A stretch of DNA of 64,000 bases from a virus (Duplodnaviria > Caudoviricetes): positions 4,005-68,004 of IMG/VR virus record IMGVR_UViG_2901150838_000002; one strand, given 5' to 3'. The translations under genes and the position numbers were made by a program. This document shows positions 7,973 to 16,269 of the stretch, piece by piece. Position 1 is the first letter of the stretch. Each line of letters starts with the position of its first letter. The notes under the pieces were generated by a model. That model was not told where the DNA came from. It searched no databases and was given only the letters and a program-made list of their open reading frames with translations.

Positions 7973-8091
7973 AACGCTCTCAGACCGTCTATATCGCCGT
8001 TTAAGGCGTTTTATATTTAGGTTAGATAAAATATACCTACTTTATATAAAAATTGCTGTATCGGGCTTATAGAGCGTCTGGTGACGTGTTT
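7972..8091. other. ~120-nt imperfect hairpin
   Basis: Nested pairings AAACG/GTGTTT, CAGAC/GTCTG, TCTATA/TATAGA, TTTTATAT/ATATAAAA, TAGGT/ACCTA. Confidence 0.6.
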
Positions 8092-8210
8092 AACATCAAT
8101 TCTATTTCAAAATTTCACACAGTAATTAATAAATTTTTGACATGTCGTGTTGGGCGGGCATGGTTAGAGTGGGCAAGGGGAAAGGGGAAAAATTTATTAT
8201 CCTGACAATG

Positions 8211-8238
8211 AAAAAGAAGCGGATTGACCGCTCCTTTG
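8211..8238 (-). terminator. Terminator of the satellite integrase operon
   Basis: AAGGAGCGGTCAATCCGCTTCTTTTT. Confidence 0.7.
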
Positions 8239-8244
8239 AATGTG

Positions 8245-8349
8245 CTATTCTGCTTGTCTATATACTTGATTCATTGCTTTAGCGTACCGTTCAAACTCAT
8301 CCGTCATCAACCATTCTTCATACATCTGGATTTCTTTTTCTTGATCCAT
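8245..8349 (-). CDS. 34-aa hypothetical peptide (MDQEKEIQMYEEWL...)
   Basis: Coupled TAATG start with GGAGG RBS; below ORF-track cutoff. Confidence 0.5.
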   Translation of the reverse strand: MDQEKEIQMYEEWLMTDEFERYAKAMNQVYRQAE

Positions 8350-8618
8350 TACGCAGCTACCTCCTGAATCAATTGATAACCAGCCGAATCAATTTCCCCA
8401 TCTTCATCATAATCAATGACGTACTTGCAAAGCCCTTCTTCAACTTTGATAATCCCGTCAATTGGATTATCACCCAAGCATACTGCATCTTTCAGATCAT
8501 CAATTGTCGCCAGATAATGTTCATATTGTTTCGCTTCCTCTTCATCTACTGTGACGAACCAATTCTCCATTGTTGGGCAGTAGAAAATGAACGCTTTTTT
8601 GATTTCAGTTTTTTGCAT
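8349..8618 (-). CDS. Acidic hypothetical protein (start MQKTEIKK)
   Basis: RBS AAGGGAGG before ATG at 8618. Confidence 0.65.
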   Translation of the reverse strand: MQKTEIKKAFIFYCPTMENWFVTVDEEEAKQYEHYLATIDDLKDAVCLGDNPIDGIIKVEEGLCKYVIDYDEDGEIDSAGYQLIQEVAA

Positions 8619-8634
8619 GGGTTTAATTCCTCCC

Positions 8635-8823
8635 TTAGTTTTTGTTAAGAATTTCATTTCGTTTCTGCCGCAATGCTTCAATTTCTTGCATGATTGCTTG
8701 GCGGCGTTCAGTTGTCGTGGCTTTCTCGGAAAACTCTTTCGCCAAAGAAATATGACGAAAAGTAATGGACTGTAATTCCTCATGTAAAGCGTCATCTTGC
8801 CATAGACGTAATGCAATCGACAT
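8635..8823 (-). CDS. Hypothetical protein
   Basis: Coupled to upstream gene, RBS AGGGGGTG. Confidence 0.6.
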   Translation of the reverse strand: MSIALRLWQDDALHEELQSITFRHISLAKEFSEKATTTERRQAIMQEIEALRQKRNEILNKN

Positions 8824-9032
8824 TATTTCACCCCCTTTGGCTTTAGGGCTGTGAAATAAAGGATGTGAAGTGTGTTCAGGTCTGGTTTGACTGGTACACG
8901 ATGATTGGCATATTTAATGTGTAATCCTTGGCTATCTTCATGCAAAACACGTTGATAGAATCTACTAGCCATTAGCACTTTAACTTTTTTCCCGATAAGC
9001 GATTGTAAATCGGATTGTTGAAGTGGTGTCAT
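8823..9032 (-). CDS. Hypothetical protein
   Basis: RBS GAGGAGAGG after integrase stop. Confidence 0.6.
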   Translation of the reverse strand: MTPLQQSDLQSLIGKKVKVLMASRFYQRVLHEDSQGLHIKYANHRVPVKPDLNTLHILYFTALKPKGVK

Positions 9033-9047
9033 AGCATTGTCCTCTCC

Positions 9048-9968
9048 TCATATCTCTAAGGAGTTTAAAGGATTAAATTTTTCATTTTGAGAAGCCAAAG
9101 CAACACCCCAAATTGCCAAATACCTTTGAGTCATAGCAATATTCGAATGCCTAAGCATTTTTTGCAATGTGAAAACATCACAACCGTTCATCAACATCCG
9201 ATGGGCAAACGTGTGTCTAAAGGTATGAGCTGATAAGCGGCAATCAGGGAAATTCATGATTTCCTTCAACCGTTTAAAAACACATTTAACTGCATTGTCC
9301 GTAAGTTTTTTACCTTCTACATCAGTAAAAACATATTGAGGAACTTCACCAAACGTCTGCTCACAATATACCCTGTACTCACACAGTTCTTTGATTAACT
9401 TTTCCGTAATCGGAATGGAACTTTGTTGACGTTTCTTTCCGAAGACGATGATAGTGCCATTCTTCAAATTAATTTCATTCCAAGACAGATTGACCATTTC
9501 ACCTAGACGAACACCTGTCCCAAGCAAGAACACAATCATTGTATAGTCCCTATAAGCAAAGAATGATTTTTCACGCTGCTTCAATCTTCTGTAATAACCT
9601 AGCATTTGTTGAATATGCCGATCCTGAAACACTTCAATCTTAATGTCCTCTCTGCCGTAACCAATTTTCTTGGCTGGATTCTGTTTCTGTGTAATGACCT
9701 CGATCTCTTCAAGATAGTTAAAGAATATCTTGAGGACATGCAACTTACTGTTTCTGGTTGTGGCATTGTTGTTTCTTTCCTTTTGGCAGTAGATAAGATA
9801 ATTCTTAACTGTGTTCGGAGTCACATCACTAACATCGACAATTTCTTGTTTACCGCAAAAATCCTGAAATTCATTGAGGGCAGACATGTACGATTCGATT
9901 GTTTTAGGCGACAAGTTTTTAAATTCCCGATCCTCCTTGAAATCTTTAATGGCGAACTTTAATAACAC
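9048..9968 (-). CDS. Tyrosine integrase of the satellite (XerD-like, no arm domain)
   Basis: TGVRLGE, GK, HTFRHT, LRHS and QRY catalytic R-K-H-R-H-Y set; probable GTG start at 9968. Confidence 0.92.
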   Translation of the reverse strand: MLLKFAIKDFKEDREFKNLSPKTIESYMSALNEFQDFCGKQEIVDVSDVTPNTVKNYLIYCQKERNNNATTRNSKLHVLKIFFNYLEEIEVITQKQNPAKKIGYGREDIKIEVFQDRHIQQMLGYYRRLKQREKSFFAYRDYTMIVFLLGTGVRLGEMVNLSWNEINLKNGTIIVFGKKRQQSSIPITEKLIKELCEYRVYCEQTFGEVPQYVFTDVEGKKLTDNAVKCVFKRLKEIMNFPDCRLSAHTFRHTFAHRMLMNGCDVFTLQKMLRHSNIAMTQRYLAIWGVALASQNEKFNPLNSLEI

Positions 9969-10099
9969 GAAAAAGCACACTCCCTTCCAGTTTTCTGATA
10001 CTGAAAGAAAGTGTGCTTCCTATTTGAAAGCGTGTTTGTATGCGACCACTTATTTTTCAAAGTGTTAAAAAGTCGCTCAAACCCTTGATATATCAATTA

Positions 10100-10144
10100 T
10101 GGTGATCCGGACTGGGTTCGAACCAGCGACCCCCACCCTGTCAA
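10100..10144 (-). other. att core: 3' half of tRNA-Val(GAC), anticodon loop to CCA
   Basis: Minus strand TTGACAG GGTGG GGGTC GCTGG TTCGAAC CCAGT CCGGATC ACCA; 5' half of the tRNA absent. Confidence 0.9.
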
Positions 10145-10263
10145 TTTGATGTCTGACGTTTCTTTCTATTTCTGACCTTATCAAAAATGGCTTTATTATG
10201 CTGATTTCAACAAATTAATTCTAAGTATTATTTCCTTATTAATCCGTTCATTTCTGCATTTGC

Positions 10264-10283
10264 GTGGTCAAAAATGTGGTCAA
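10264..10283. repeat. GTGGTCAA direct repeat, putative integrase arm-type sites
   Basis: Two copies 12 bp apart, ~120 bp inside the att core. Confidence 0.5.
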
Positions 10284-10462
10284 CTTGCCTACCCCCTGAG
10301 CACCTTACTGTCAACAAGAAGTCCTGCATTTCCTTCCTTTTCTGAATGATGCAAAGCGCTTCCTCTTATGCGGTTTCTTATCTTATATATCGCCTTAACA
10401 CTTCTTTTCATTTCCGCCTTTTGCAAACAGCGCGTTTGCAGTTTTGTTTGCAAAGACATCAG

Positions 10463-11236
10463 TTATTTCTTCTGATCCTGATAAACCTCCATTAGGAACC
10501 TAGCCAGGGTTACCCCAGCATTGACTACCAATCGAGCATGATACGGTTTGAGTCCACTCTCATTCTTTACTTTCCCATGCCCAGTTCCATAAGCATTGCG
10601 TAGTTCTGTGATACCTATAACTATTTGTCCTAAATTATTTAGAGTACGTTTAACCGTGTCTGTGGCTTTATTTGCCTGCGCTACATCGTCAGGAATAAGC
10701 TTCAGGTGGCTTTGTACTAATTTTATTAATTCTGGCATCTCGAGTTTATCCAAATTTTCAGCCTTACCACTAAGTATTGTTTTCAGTACTGTTTCAATCA
10801 TCTCTTTTGTTGTACCAAGTGCGAGTTCAGGGTCTTCTTCAAGTGAGTTATATATTCTGCTAATTTGTTTTGTTACATCAAAGGAATCAGTATCCAGTGG
10901 ATTTTCATCTAAAATATGACTTGGTTCACTATCATCAAAAAGTTCTTTGTAAAGATCTGGTCTTCTTGCTTGAAGCCATCCCTCCAGATTAACTTTTTCA
11001 GCAATAAAAACTAATTTCTCAGTATTTCTTCCAATTCGTTTGAGTACTTCAATAACATTTTGCGTATAATCAGGATCTCCCCAATTTAGACTTCGTATCA
11101 GTCTATTATGTCCCTCGATTGCATCAACTTCGTCTATCTCATAAGCTAGCTTCGTCCAATCACTCGCATCAAATTTAGCCTCGATAATAAGTGAAAGCGC
11201 ATAAATTAATCGATTTTTATTTTCTGTTTTTAGCAT
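10463..11236 (-). CDS. Abortive infection family protein (AbiJ-type N-terminus + Abi_C/HEPN)
   Basis: LRNAYGTGHG RxxxxH motif and HARLVVNA C-terminus. Confidence 0.8.
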   Translation of the reverse strand: MLKTENKNRLIYALSLIIEAKFDASDWTKLAYEIDEVDAIEGHNRLIRSLNWGDPDYTQNVIEVLKRIGRNTEKLVFIAEKVNLEGWLQARRPDLYKELFDDSEPSHILDENPLDTDSFDVTKQISRIYNSLEEDPELALGTTKEMIETVLKTILSGKAENLDKLEMPELIKLVQSHLKLIPDDVAQANKATDTVKRTLNNLGQIVIGITELRNAYGTGHGKVKNESGLKPYHARLVVNAGVTLARFLMEVYQDQKK

Positions 11237-11269
11237 TTTTTGTTCCCCTTATCACCATAGTCGCTTAAG

Positions 11270-11992
11270 TTAAACTGCTTTTGTATTTCTGCATTTTGGA
11301 TAACTGGAGCATCCGTAAAATTCACCTTTCGCACCTTTTCGCAAAATCATTTTTTCTCCACATCTTTCACAGAGCATTTCCTTCTGAGGTAATTGTGCTA
11401 TTACTTGTTTAGGATTTGGCTTAGTAGTGGGGTTCATTTGCAGAATCATCTCAATGAGCTTATCGCGGTTTATGAGTCTCACGCTATTTGATGATGCAAG
11501 ATTACGTGCAGCATCAGTATAATCACGATTACTTACAACCCATGCTTCGTGAGCTTTATAGTGAGCAATCGATGCCTGCGCCTGTTGAACAGCTTCGATG
11601 CCAACATTCTTACTATATCGTTTCGCCTGAACTACAATTTTCTTGCCGTCTTTTTGAATAATCAGATCGGCCCCATAATCACCTGCCGCTCTGGTTACTT
11701 CTACCTTATATCCTTGGTTCCTAAATAATAGTCCTAGATAGTGTTCAAACTGTCTCCCATCCATTTGGTCAATATCTTTTATTCCGGAACGTTTAAGTCT
11801 CTCCTGCGCTTTGGCGTCAAGGATGAACCTTATCCCCATTGCTACCCCTAGCAACACTCCAAATGTTACCCCTGCCATTATTAGTGATCCAGTCTCTAAA
11901 TAAATATAGCCCGAAAGTGCAATTACGAGCAGAGCTGCTAAATTAATCAATGAATCTTCTAAGCTGTTTGCCTTTTTTCTTCTTCGTGCCAT
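11270..11992 (-). CDS. Membrane-anchored Mrr-family restriction endonuclease with topoisomerase Zn-ribbon
   Basis: Two N-terminal TMs; DYGADL...VQAKRY; CERCG...GCSSYPKC. Confidence 0.85.
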   Translation of the reverse strand: MARRRKKANSLEDSLINLAALLVIALSGYIYLETGSLIMAGVTFGVLLGVAMGIRFILDAKAQERLKRSGIKDIDQMDGRQFEHYLGLLFRNQGYKVEVTRAAGDYGADLIIQKDGKKIVVQAKRYSKNVGIEAVQQAQASIAHYKAHEAWVVSNRDYTDAARNLASSNSVRLINRDKLIEMILQMNPTTKPNPKQVIAQLPQKEMLCERCGEKMILRKGAKGEFYGCSSYPKCRNTKAV

Positions 11993-12143
11993 TTCTCCTA
12001 CCTCCTAATTATTCAAATTAAAGGATATAGGACAAATTGCACCCAAACAAGGGTAACCTAATGACACAATTCGACAAAAACCCACCTCCTAAGAAGTGGG
12101 GAGTATTCGCTTATAGCTACCCGTACATATTCGGGAGATAATT

Positions 12144-13154
12144 TTAGAATGGGAAATCAAAATCATCATTCTTTTCTCTTAATTCAGCTGGTTCATAAAT
12201 AAAGATACTGGGCTTACCTATCTTTTCTAAGCTATTATTATCCCATTCGAATAAAACAACATTGGCGCCATAAGCGCGGGTTGAATTGTAGCAAATACCA
12301 CTATAACCAGCTAGCCTTGCACAATCGGCAATAAACTTTGTTATAAAGTATTGCGGCTTCCATGTGCTTTTTCGATCTGGAACCTTTTGTTCTAACAATC
12401 CTGATGATAATATGGCAGCCAATACTGCACTTGTTGATGAAGGACCTATATAATCAAAATCGCTCCTTAAATCAAGCAAGTTTTCTATCTCCTTCACTTT
12501 AAACTTTTGAGTCCAGATTAGCTGAGACTTATTTTCCTCAAGCACAACTTCATTAACTGCAGTTTCCTCACTTTTGGCCAAATAAAGAACACTTTGTCCG
12601 GTATGATGATATCTGCCATCTCCCGCTATTCCCGTTCCAGGTGCATCAAGGTCGGAACTGTCAAACACTCTATTATCTTTTACACTTCGTGCTCTATACC
12701 ATTCGCCATATATTTTTGTTGATGGTACTTTCTTTGATAAAATTTCTTTATGTAATTTCTTTCCCAATGTCTTGGTGAGAGCCAGTGAAGGGTATAATTG
12801 GAGGTGTTCTTGCAACTCAGTGATTTGATTTCCATACTTTTTTATCGCTGTTTTAAGGTGATGCTTGGTTTGGATTACGTATCGATCTTCAGTCCCAATT
12901 GTGTCATACCGATCAAAACCGGAACATCCGCAGTTGGGACAGGTGATATGTTCAGAAATGGCATCCCTATATCTTTCTGGCACATTTAAATTTTCATAAA
13001 TTTCCTCAAGAGTGGTTTTTTCGCCTAAAATCCAAACGTAACTTCCTCCATCATAAGGCTGACATGTTGGACAATATTTTACTTTCGCTTGTGTACGAAC
13101 CCTGTGTCGTTCTGCCGTTTTGTTTAAATCGGGAAGAAAATCATAGTAATCCAT
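12144..13154 (-). CDS. RES-domain (NAD+-degrading) protein with N-terminal Zn-binding region
   Basis: WYRAR, GRYH...LYLA, E and GICYNS RES motifs; two CxxC pairs. Confidence 0.85.
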   Translation of the reverse strand: MDYYDFLPDLNKTAERHRVRTQAKVKYCPTCQPYDGGSYVWILGEKTTLEEIYENLNVPERYRDAISEHITCPNCGCSGFDRYDTIGTEDRYVIQTKHHLKTAIKKYGNQITELQEHLQLYPSLALTKTLGKKLHKEILSKKVPSTKIYGEWYRARSVKDNRVFDSSDLDAPGTGIAGDGRYHHTGQSVLYLAKSEETAVNEVVLEENKSQLIWTQKFKVKEIENLLDLRSDFDYIGPSSTSAVLAAILSSGLLEQKVPDRKSTWKPQYFITKFIADCARLAGYSGICYNSTRAYGANVVLFEWDNNSLEKIGKPSIFIYEPAELREKNDDFDFPF

Positions 13155-13238
13155 CGAAATGCCTCCAAATTTAGTTAATTTTCTCTATTATAAATTAAAA
13201 AATCCCCGCTCTAACCAAAGGAAGAGGGGAATTTTATA

Positions 13239-13580
13239 TTATGCCTTAACATCAGTAATTTTATCTATATCAATCCATTCAACACTTTCGTCGTTTGCGA
13301 TCTTAATCCGGCGTGTATTCTGATCAATCCACTTGATCATACCCCATAAGCTGCAAAAGGTACCGAGGTTCGCCTTGACAGGTTTCCACCATGTGACTGT
13401 TACAGCATAATCCTCTCGCGCCGAGTCTTTAATAAGATACTGGAAGTTCGCCAGCTCATCTTCTTCAAGTGTTGGCTGCTCCGAAAGCTTCTGGTCCTCC
13501 TTGAGCTGCAGGTACAATTCCCTTTGCTCAGGCAAAACGAATCGACTCGCGGCAAAGATGTTTTCTATTCTGCTTGCCAT
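13239..13580 (-). CDS. YolD-like protein
   Basis: SRFVLPEQRE...P.LEEDEL pattern. Confidence 0.8.
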   Translation of the reverse strand: MASRIENIFAASRFVLPEQRELYLQLKEDQKLSEQPTLEEDELANFQYLIKDSAREDYAVTVTWWKPVKANLGTFCSLWGMIKWIDQNTRRIKIANDESVEWIDIDKITDVKA

Positions 13581-13825
13581 CTGAATGTATCCTTCCTTTC
13601 CCATGCCTCCAGGAGTGTTATGTCATCCGGTCGCATGCGATCCCATTCAATGTATTCTTCTCGGGCGAGTACGTCTAAGACTTCCATAACGCCCCCGCGG
13701 GATCGCCCCGTTTTCACACATAGTTCATCTATAGTCGGCAACCGCCGGCGACCAGCTGAAAAATTCGCGATTATACGGAGAACTTTCCTCTCGATATCAG
13801 ACAGCAACGTCCTCATCCTCCACAA
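13565..13825 (-). CDS. Winged-HTH protein (LexA DBD-like)
   Basis: LSDIERKVL...PTIDELCVKTGRS...YIEW. Confidence 0.7.
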   Translation of the reverse strand: MWRMRTLLSDIERKVLRIIANFSAGRRRLPTIDELCVKTGRSRGGVMEVLDVLAREEYIEWDRMRPDDITLLEAWERKDTFRWQAE

Positions 13826-14027
13826 CCTTGATGGTTCGTGGAAAAGACGGCTCCCAGGTGATCAAGCCAAGCAGCTTTAGGTTTTCCAGGTGCCGGTGCA
13901 TCGTACTGGATGATCTGAGGCCGACCATCTCGCACAGCTCACGAATGCTTGGTGCATATTTATTTTTTTCGGTATACTCCATGATCGCGGACAAAATCGA
14001 TTGTTGTCTTTCAGTGACTCGTGGCAT
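13797..14027 (-). CDS. LexA DNA-binding-domain-only protein
   Basis: TERQQSIL...PSIRELCEMVGLRSSSTMHRHL...PRTI; no peptidase domain. Confidence 0.82.
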   Translation of the reverse strand: MPRVTERQQSILSAIMEYTEKNKYAPSIRELCEMVGLRSSSTMHRHLENLKLLGLITWEPSFPRTIKVVEDEDVAV

Positions 14028-14030
14028 GGC

Positions 14031-14246
14031 TTATGCCCCCTTCTTTTCAGCTGCAGGATATATAGCAAGAATGTTTTCAATCGCAAAAACACGGGGAGCA
14101 CTGCGTGACAAGCAAAAGACTTTTACTAGATTTCCATCGATTGCCCGCAAGCGTAGCGTTCGCCTACTCGTCTGTCCGTAGCGATCTAGATAGATGACAT
14201 CAACGAGCTGACCCGCCTCTAAATACCTCTGTAATTCACGCAGCAT
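14031..14246 (-). CDS. Small WYL-like hypothetical protein
   Basis: VIYLD..G..SRR...FC..R..R.F pattern; RBS AAAGGGTG. Confidence 0.65.
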   Translation of the reverse strand: MLRELQRYLEAGQLVDVIYLDRYGQTSRRTLRLRAIDGNLVKVFCLSRSAPRVFAIENILAIYPAAEKKGA

Positions 14247-14268
14247 GTTGCTCACCCTTTCACAAACA

Positions 14269-14315
14269 GGAACATTTGTTCTCTTATTATATGCGAACAG
14301 CATGCGAACATGCAA
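14269..14315 (-). promoter_or_regulatory. SigA promoter with LexA (SOS) box
   Basis: TTGCAT-18-TATAAT; GAAC-ATTT-GTTC at 14270-14281. Confidence 0.8.
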
Positions 14316-14333
14316 ATAAAAAACCACTTCCAT

Positions 14334-14771
14334 TTAAGGAAGTGGTGGTAAAAGTCCTATTACTTTTGCGACTGTGACACCAGCTGCAGAAGTTCGAAGC
14401 GTTTCTGAGAAGAGTTTAAATATCCCCTTAGCTCGTTCCCAGTTGCTTTTTTTCACTGCTTCTTGAAGGTTCTGAAAATCAGATATCGCATCTGTTTTTT
14501 CTTGGCCTTCGGGTAATTTTTTAATTTCTGACAAAAAAGCTGCTAATGCTTCTTCAGAAATACCATTTGTCTCAGTATATTTTTGTTCCACCTGGTCACC
14601 TTGTGCGTTTAGGTTCCCACGGAATTCGGAGTTATTAAAGCTATTGGAGATATTTCTCTGATCCAAATTTAATTCTCCTCCAGTTATGATGATTTGTTGC
14701 ACCAGTATTGTAGCCAGCTTCTCAGGTGTTAACCCAGCCCTTGCAAGATCATCAAGGGTAGTTCCCACCAC
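14334..14771 (-). CDS. Hypothetical protein, probably the -1 frameshift extension of 14777..15148
   Basis: Poor RBS; reading frame open back to the A9G run at 14816-14825. Confidence 0.65.
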   Translation of the reverse strand: MVGTTLDDLARAGLTPEKLATILVQQIIITGGELNLDQRNISNSFNNSEFRGNLNAQGDQVEQKYTETNGISEEALAAFLSEIKKLPEGQEKTDAISDFQNLQEAVKKSNWERAKGIFKLFSETLRTSAAGVTVAKVIGLLPPLP

Positions 14772-14776
14772 CCCTT

Positions 14777-15148
14777 CTATTGCGTTTGGAGCGGAAGATT
14801 GGGTTGTCCTTTCAGCTTTTTTTTTAGGTGTTCCACATATGGTGGAAGAAAGTCAAACGCAATCCATACTTTTTCCGGACTGGGTATATAATTAATGCCG
14901 CAAATATGGCACTGTCTTTGTTCCTGAACAATGTCCAAAGGGGAATCAACTGCGTAATCACTGTCACCCTCAGGGCATTCAACTTCAAAATATACTCGCA
15001 GTTTTCTTCCAACATGTGTAAGCATATGTTCAGTGACGAATTTCAGATCTGCTATTCCTGATCGTGCACATACATAGTGAGGTGAAAAATGCTTCTTGCC
15101 TTCTAACGCCATTTCTTCTAATACATCATCAATAAGAAATGTAGACAT
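14777..15148 (-). CDS. wHTH/Zn-ribbon protein (possibly Azaca ZacB-like)
   Basis: HFSP...VECP...CHICG; RBS GAGGTG. Confidence 0.7.
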   Translation of the reverse strand: MSTFLIDDVLEEMALEGKKHFSPHYVCARSGIADLKFVTEHMLTHVGRKLRVYFEVECPEGDSDYAVDSPLDIVQEQRQCHICGINYIPSPEKVWIAFDFLPPYVEHLKKKLKGQPNLPLQTQ

Positions 15149-15174
15149 GCATGATCACCTCACTTCAGAATTCA

Positions 15175-16140
15175 TTATTCACTAGTTTCAACTACAAGTT
15201 CTTCTTCGTCAAGCCCCTGATCACTTTCCACGTCTGTCTGTGGAAATTTGATAAGGAGTATTTCATGTAGAACATGCTCGATTACTTCTTCCCCGACTTT
15301 GGTTCGGAACCAGAGGCCTTCATCGGTTATCACGTATGAAATGTCCTCTTCAAAACCAAAGGAATACTTAAATCGAAAAACTAATGTTTTCTTTTTCATC
15401 GGAGTACCAGTAAATTCCTTCTTATACTCCTCAGTTTGTTCTAAATCTTCAACTTGGGTGTTTGCAGTTACCTCTTTGGTAGCATATACCCCTTCAGTCA
15501 TTTTATGCTTAGCAGCACGAAGTTTTGCTCCTAATCTTCGGGCCAATTCGTTCGCTTGAAGATCGTTTAACTTTGTAATCTTGTCCCAAATAACCTCGCC
15601 TTGAATATCCATTACCTGAAGAACTGCTTGTTTAAACACTTCATTTTGTGATTGGCTCGCTCGGATTTCAAAAGCAAATGGTGAGAAATGAATAACTACG
15701 TACTCCAAAATCTGTGGCGAACGGACTACAATTTCAAAGTCCTCAAGAAATCTTCGAGGACTCCCCAACAACGAGAAGGCAAGAACCATTTTGTTACCGA
15801 GTTCGTAAGCCCTGATAAGCTGTGGTTTCTCGTTTAGCTGTGGCCGAATTCCTCGAGTAAAAATGGTGCTACCATATTTTTGAATTAGGTGATCCCTGAA
15901 GAAATCCTTGTTATGCCATTCAGCTGGGATACCGCTCATCATAACGTGAATATTTACTGCAGTAGCTCCAGCGAATTGGAACTGATCAGCCAAAGCCTGT
16001 CCTACGTCAGGAACCTTGTCGGATATTTCTTCGGCCATTTCATCTATTGAATTTTTTCTAGCATCCAGTTCTCGTTCAGAAATTATTTGTTTGAGTGCAC
16101 CTGATGGCACTTCCATTATAAGGATATCCTTCAAAGCCAT
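15175..16140 (-). CDS. Hypothetical protein, putative anti-phage defence component
   Basis: 321-aa ORF heading a three-ORF cargo operon after the lysis module. Confidence 0.7.
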   Translation of the reverse strand: MALKDILIMEVPSGALKQIISERELDARKNSIDEMAEEISDKVPDVGQALADQFQFAGATAVNIHVMMSGIPAEWHNKDFFRDHLIQKYGSTIFTRGIRPQLNEKPQLIRAYELGNKMVLAFSLLGSPRRFLEDFEIVVRSPQILEYVVIHFSPFAFEIRASQSQNEVFKQAVLQVMDIQGEVIWDKITKLNDLQANELARRLGAKLRAAKHKMTEGVYATKEVTANTQVEDLEQTEEYKKEFTGTPMKKKTLVFRFKYSFGFEEDISYVITDEGLWFRTKVGEEVIEHVLHEILLIKFPQTDVESDQGLDEEELVVETSE

Positions 16141-16269
16141 CCGCTAATCAACCCCCGTACAAAAGACCTAGAAACAAATTTACCACTGATGTATTTTTTT
16201 GACAATCGAAAAAATGTGAATAAAATAAAAAAACTCCCTGATGGAAACCATCCATCAGAGAGAGTATTG

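Larger units (their letters stand above)
1..10099 (-). mobile_element. Capsid-forming phage-satellite-like integrative element (left end outside window)
   Basis: Integrase next to the tRNA-Val 3' end; co-oriented primase, capsid, scaffold, terminase and holin genes; no tail genes in the visible part; visibly more AT-rich than the neighbouring prophage. Confidence 0.8.

Noticed and set aside
10100-10144. Functional tRNA gene
   Set aside because: D-arm and 5' acceptor strand are missing; it is an att remnant
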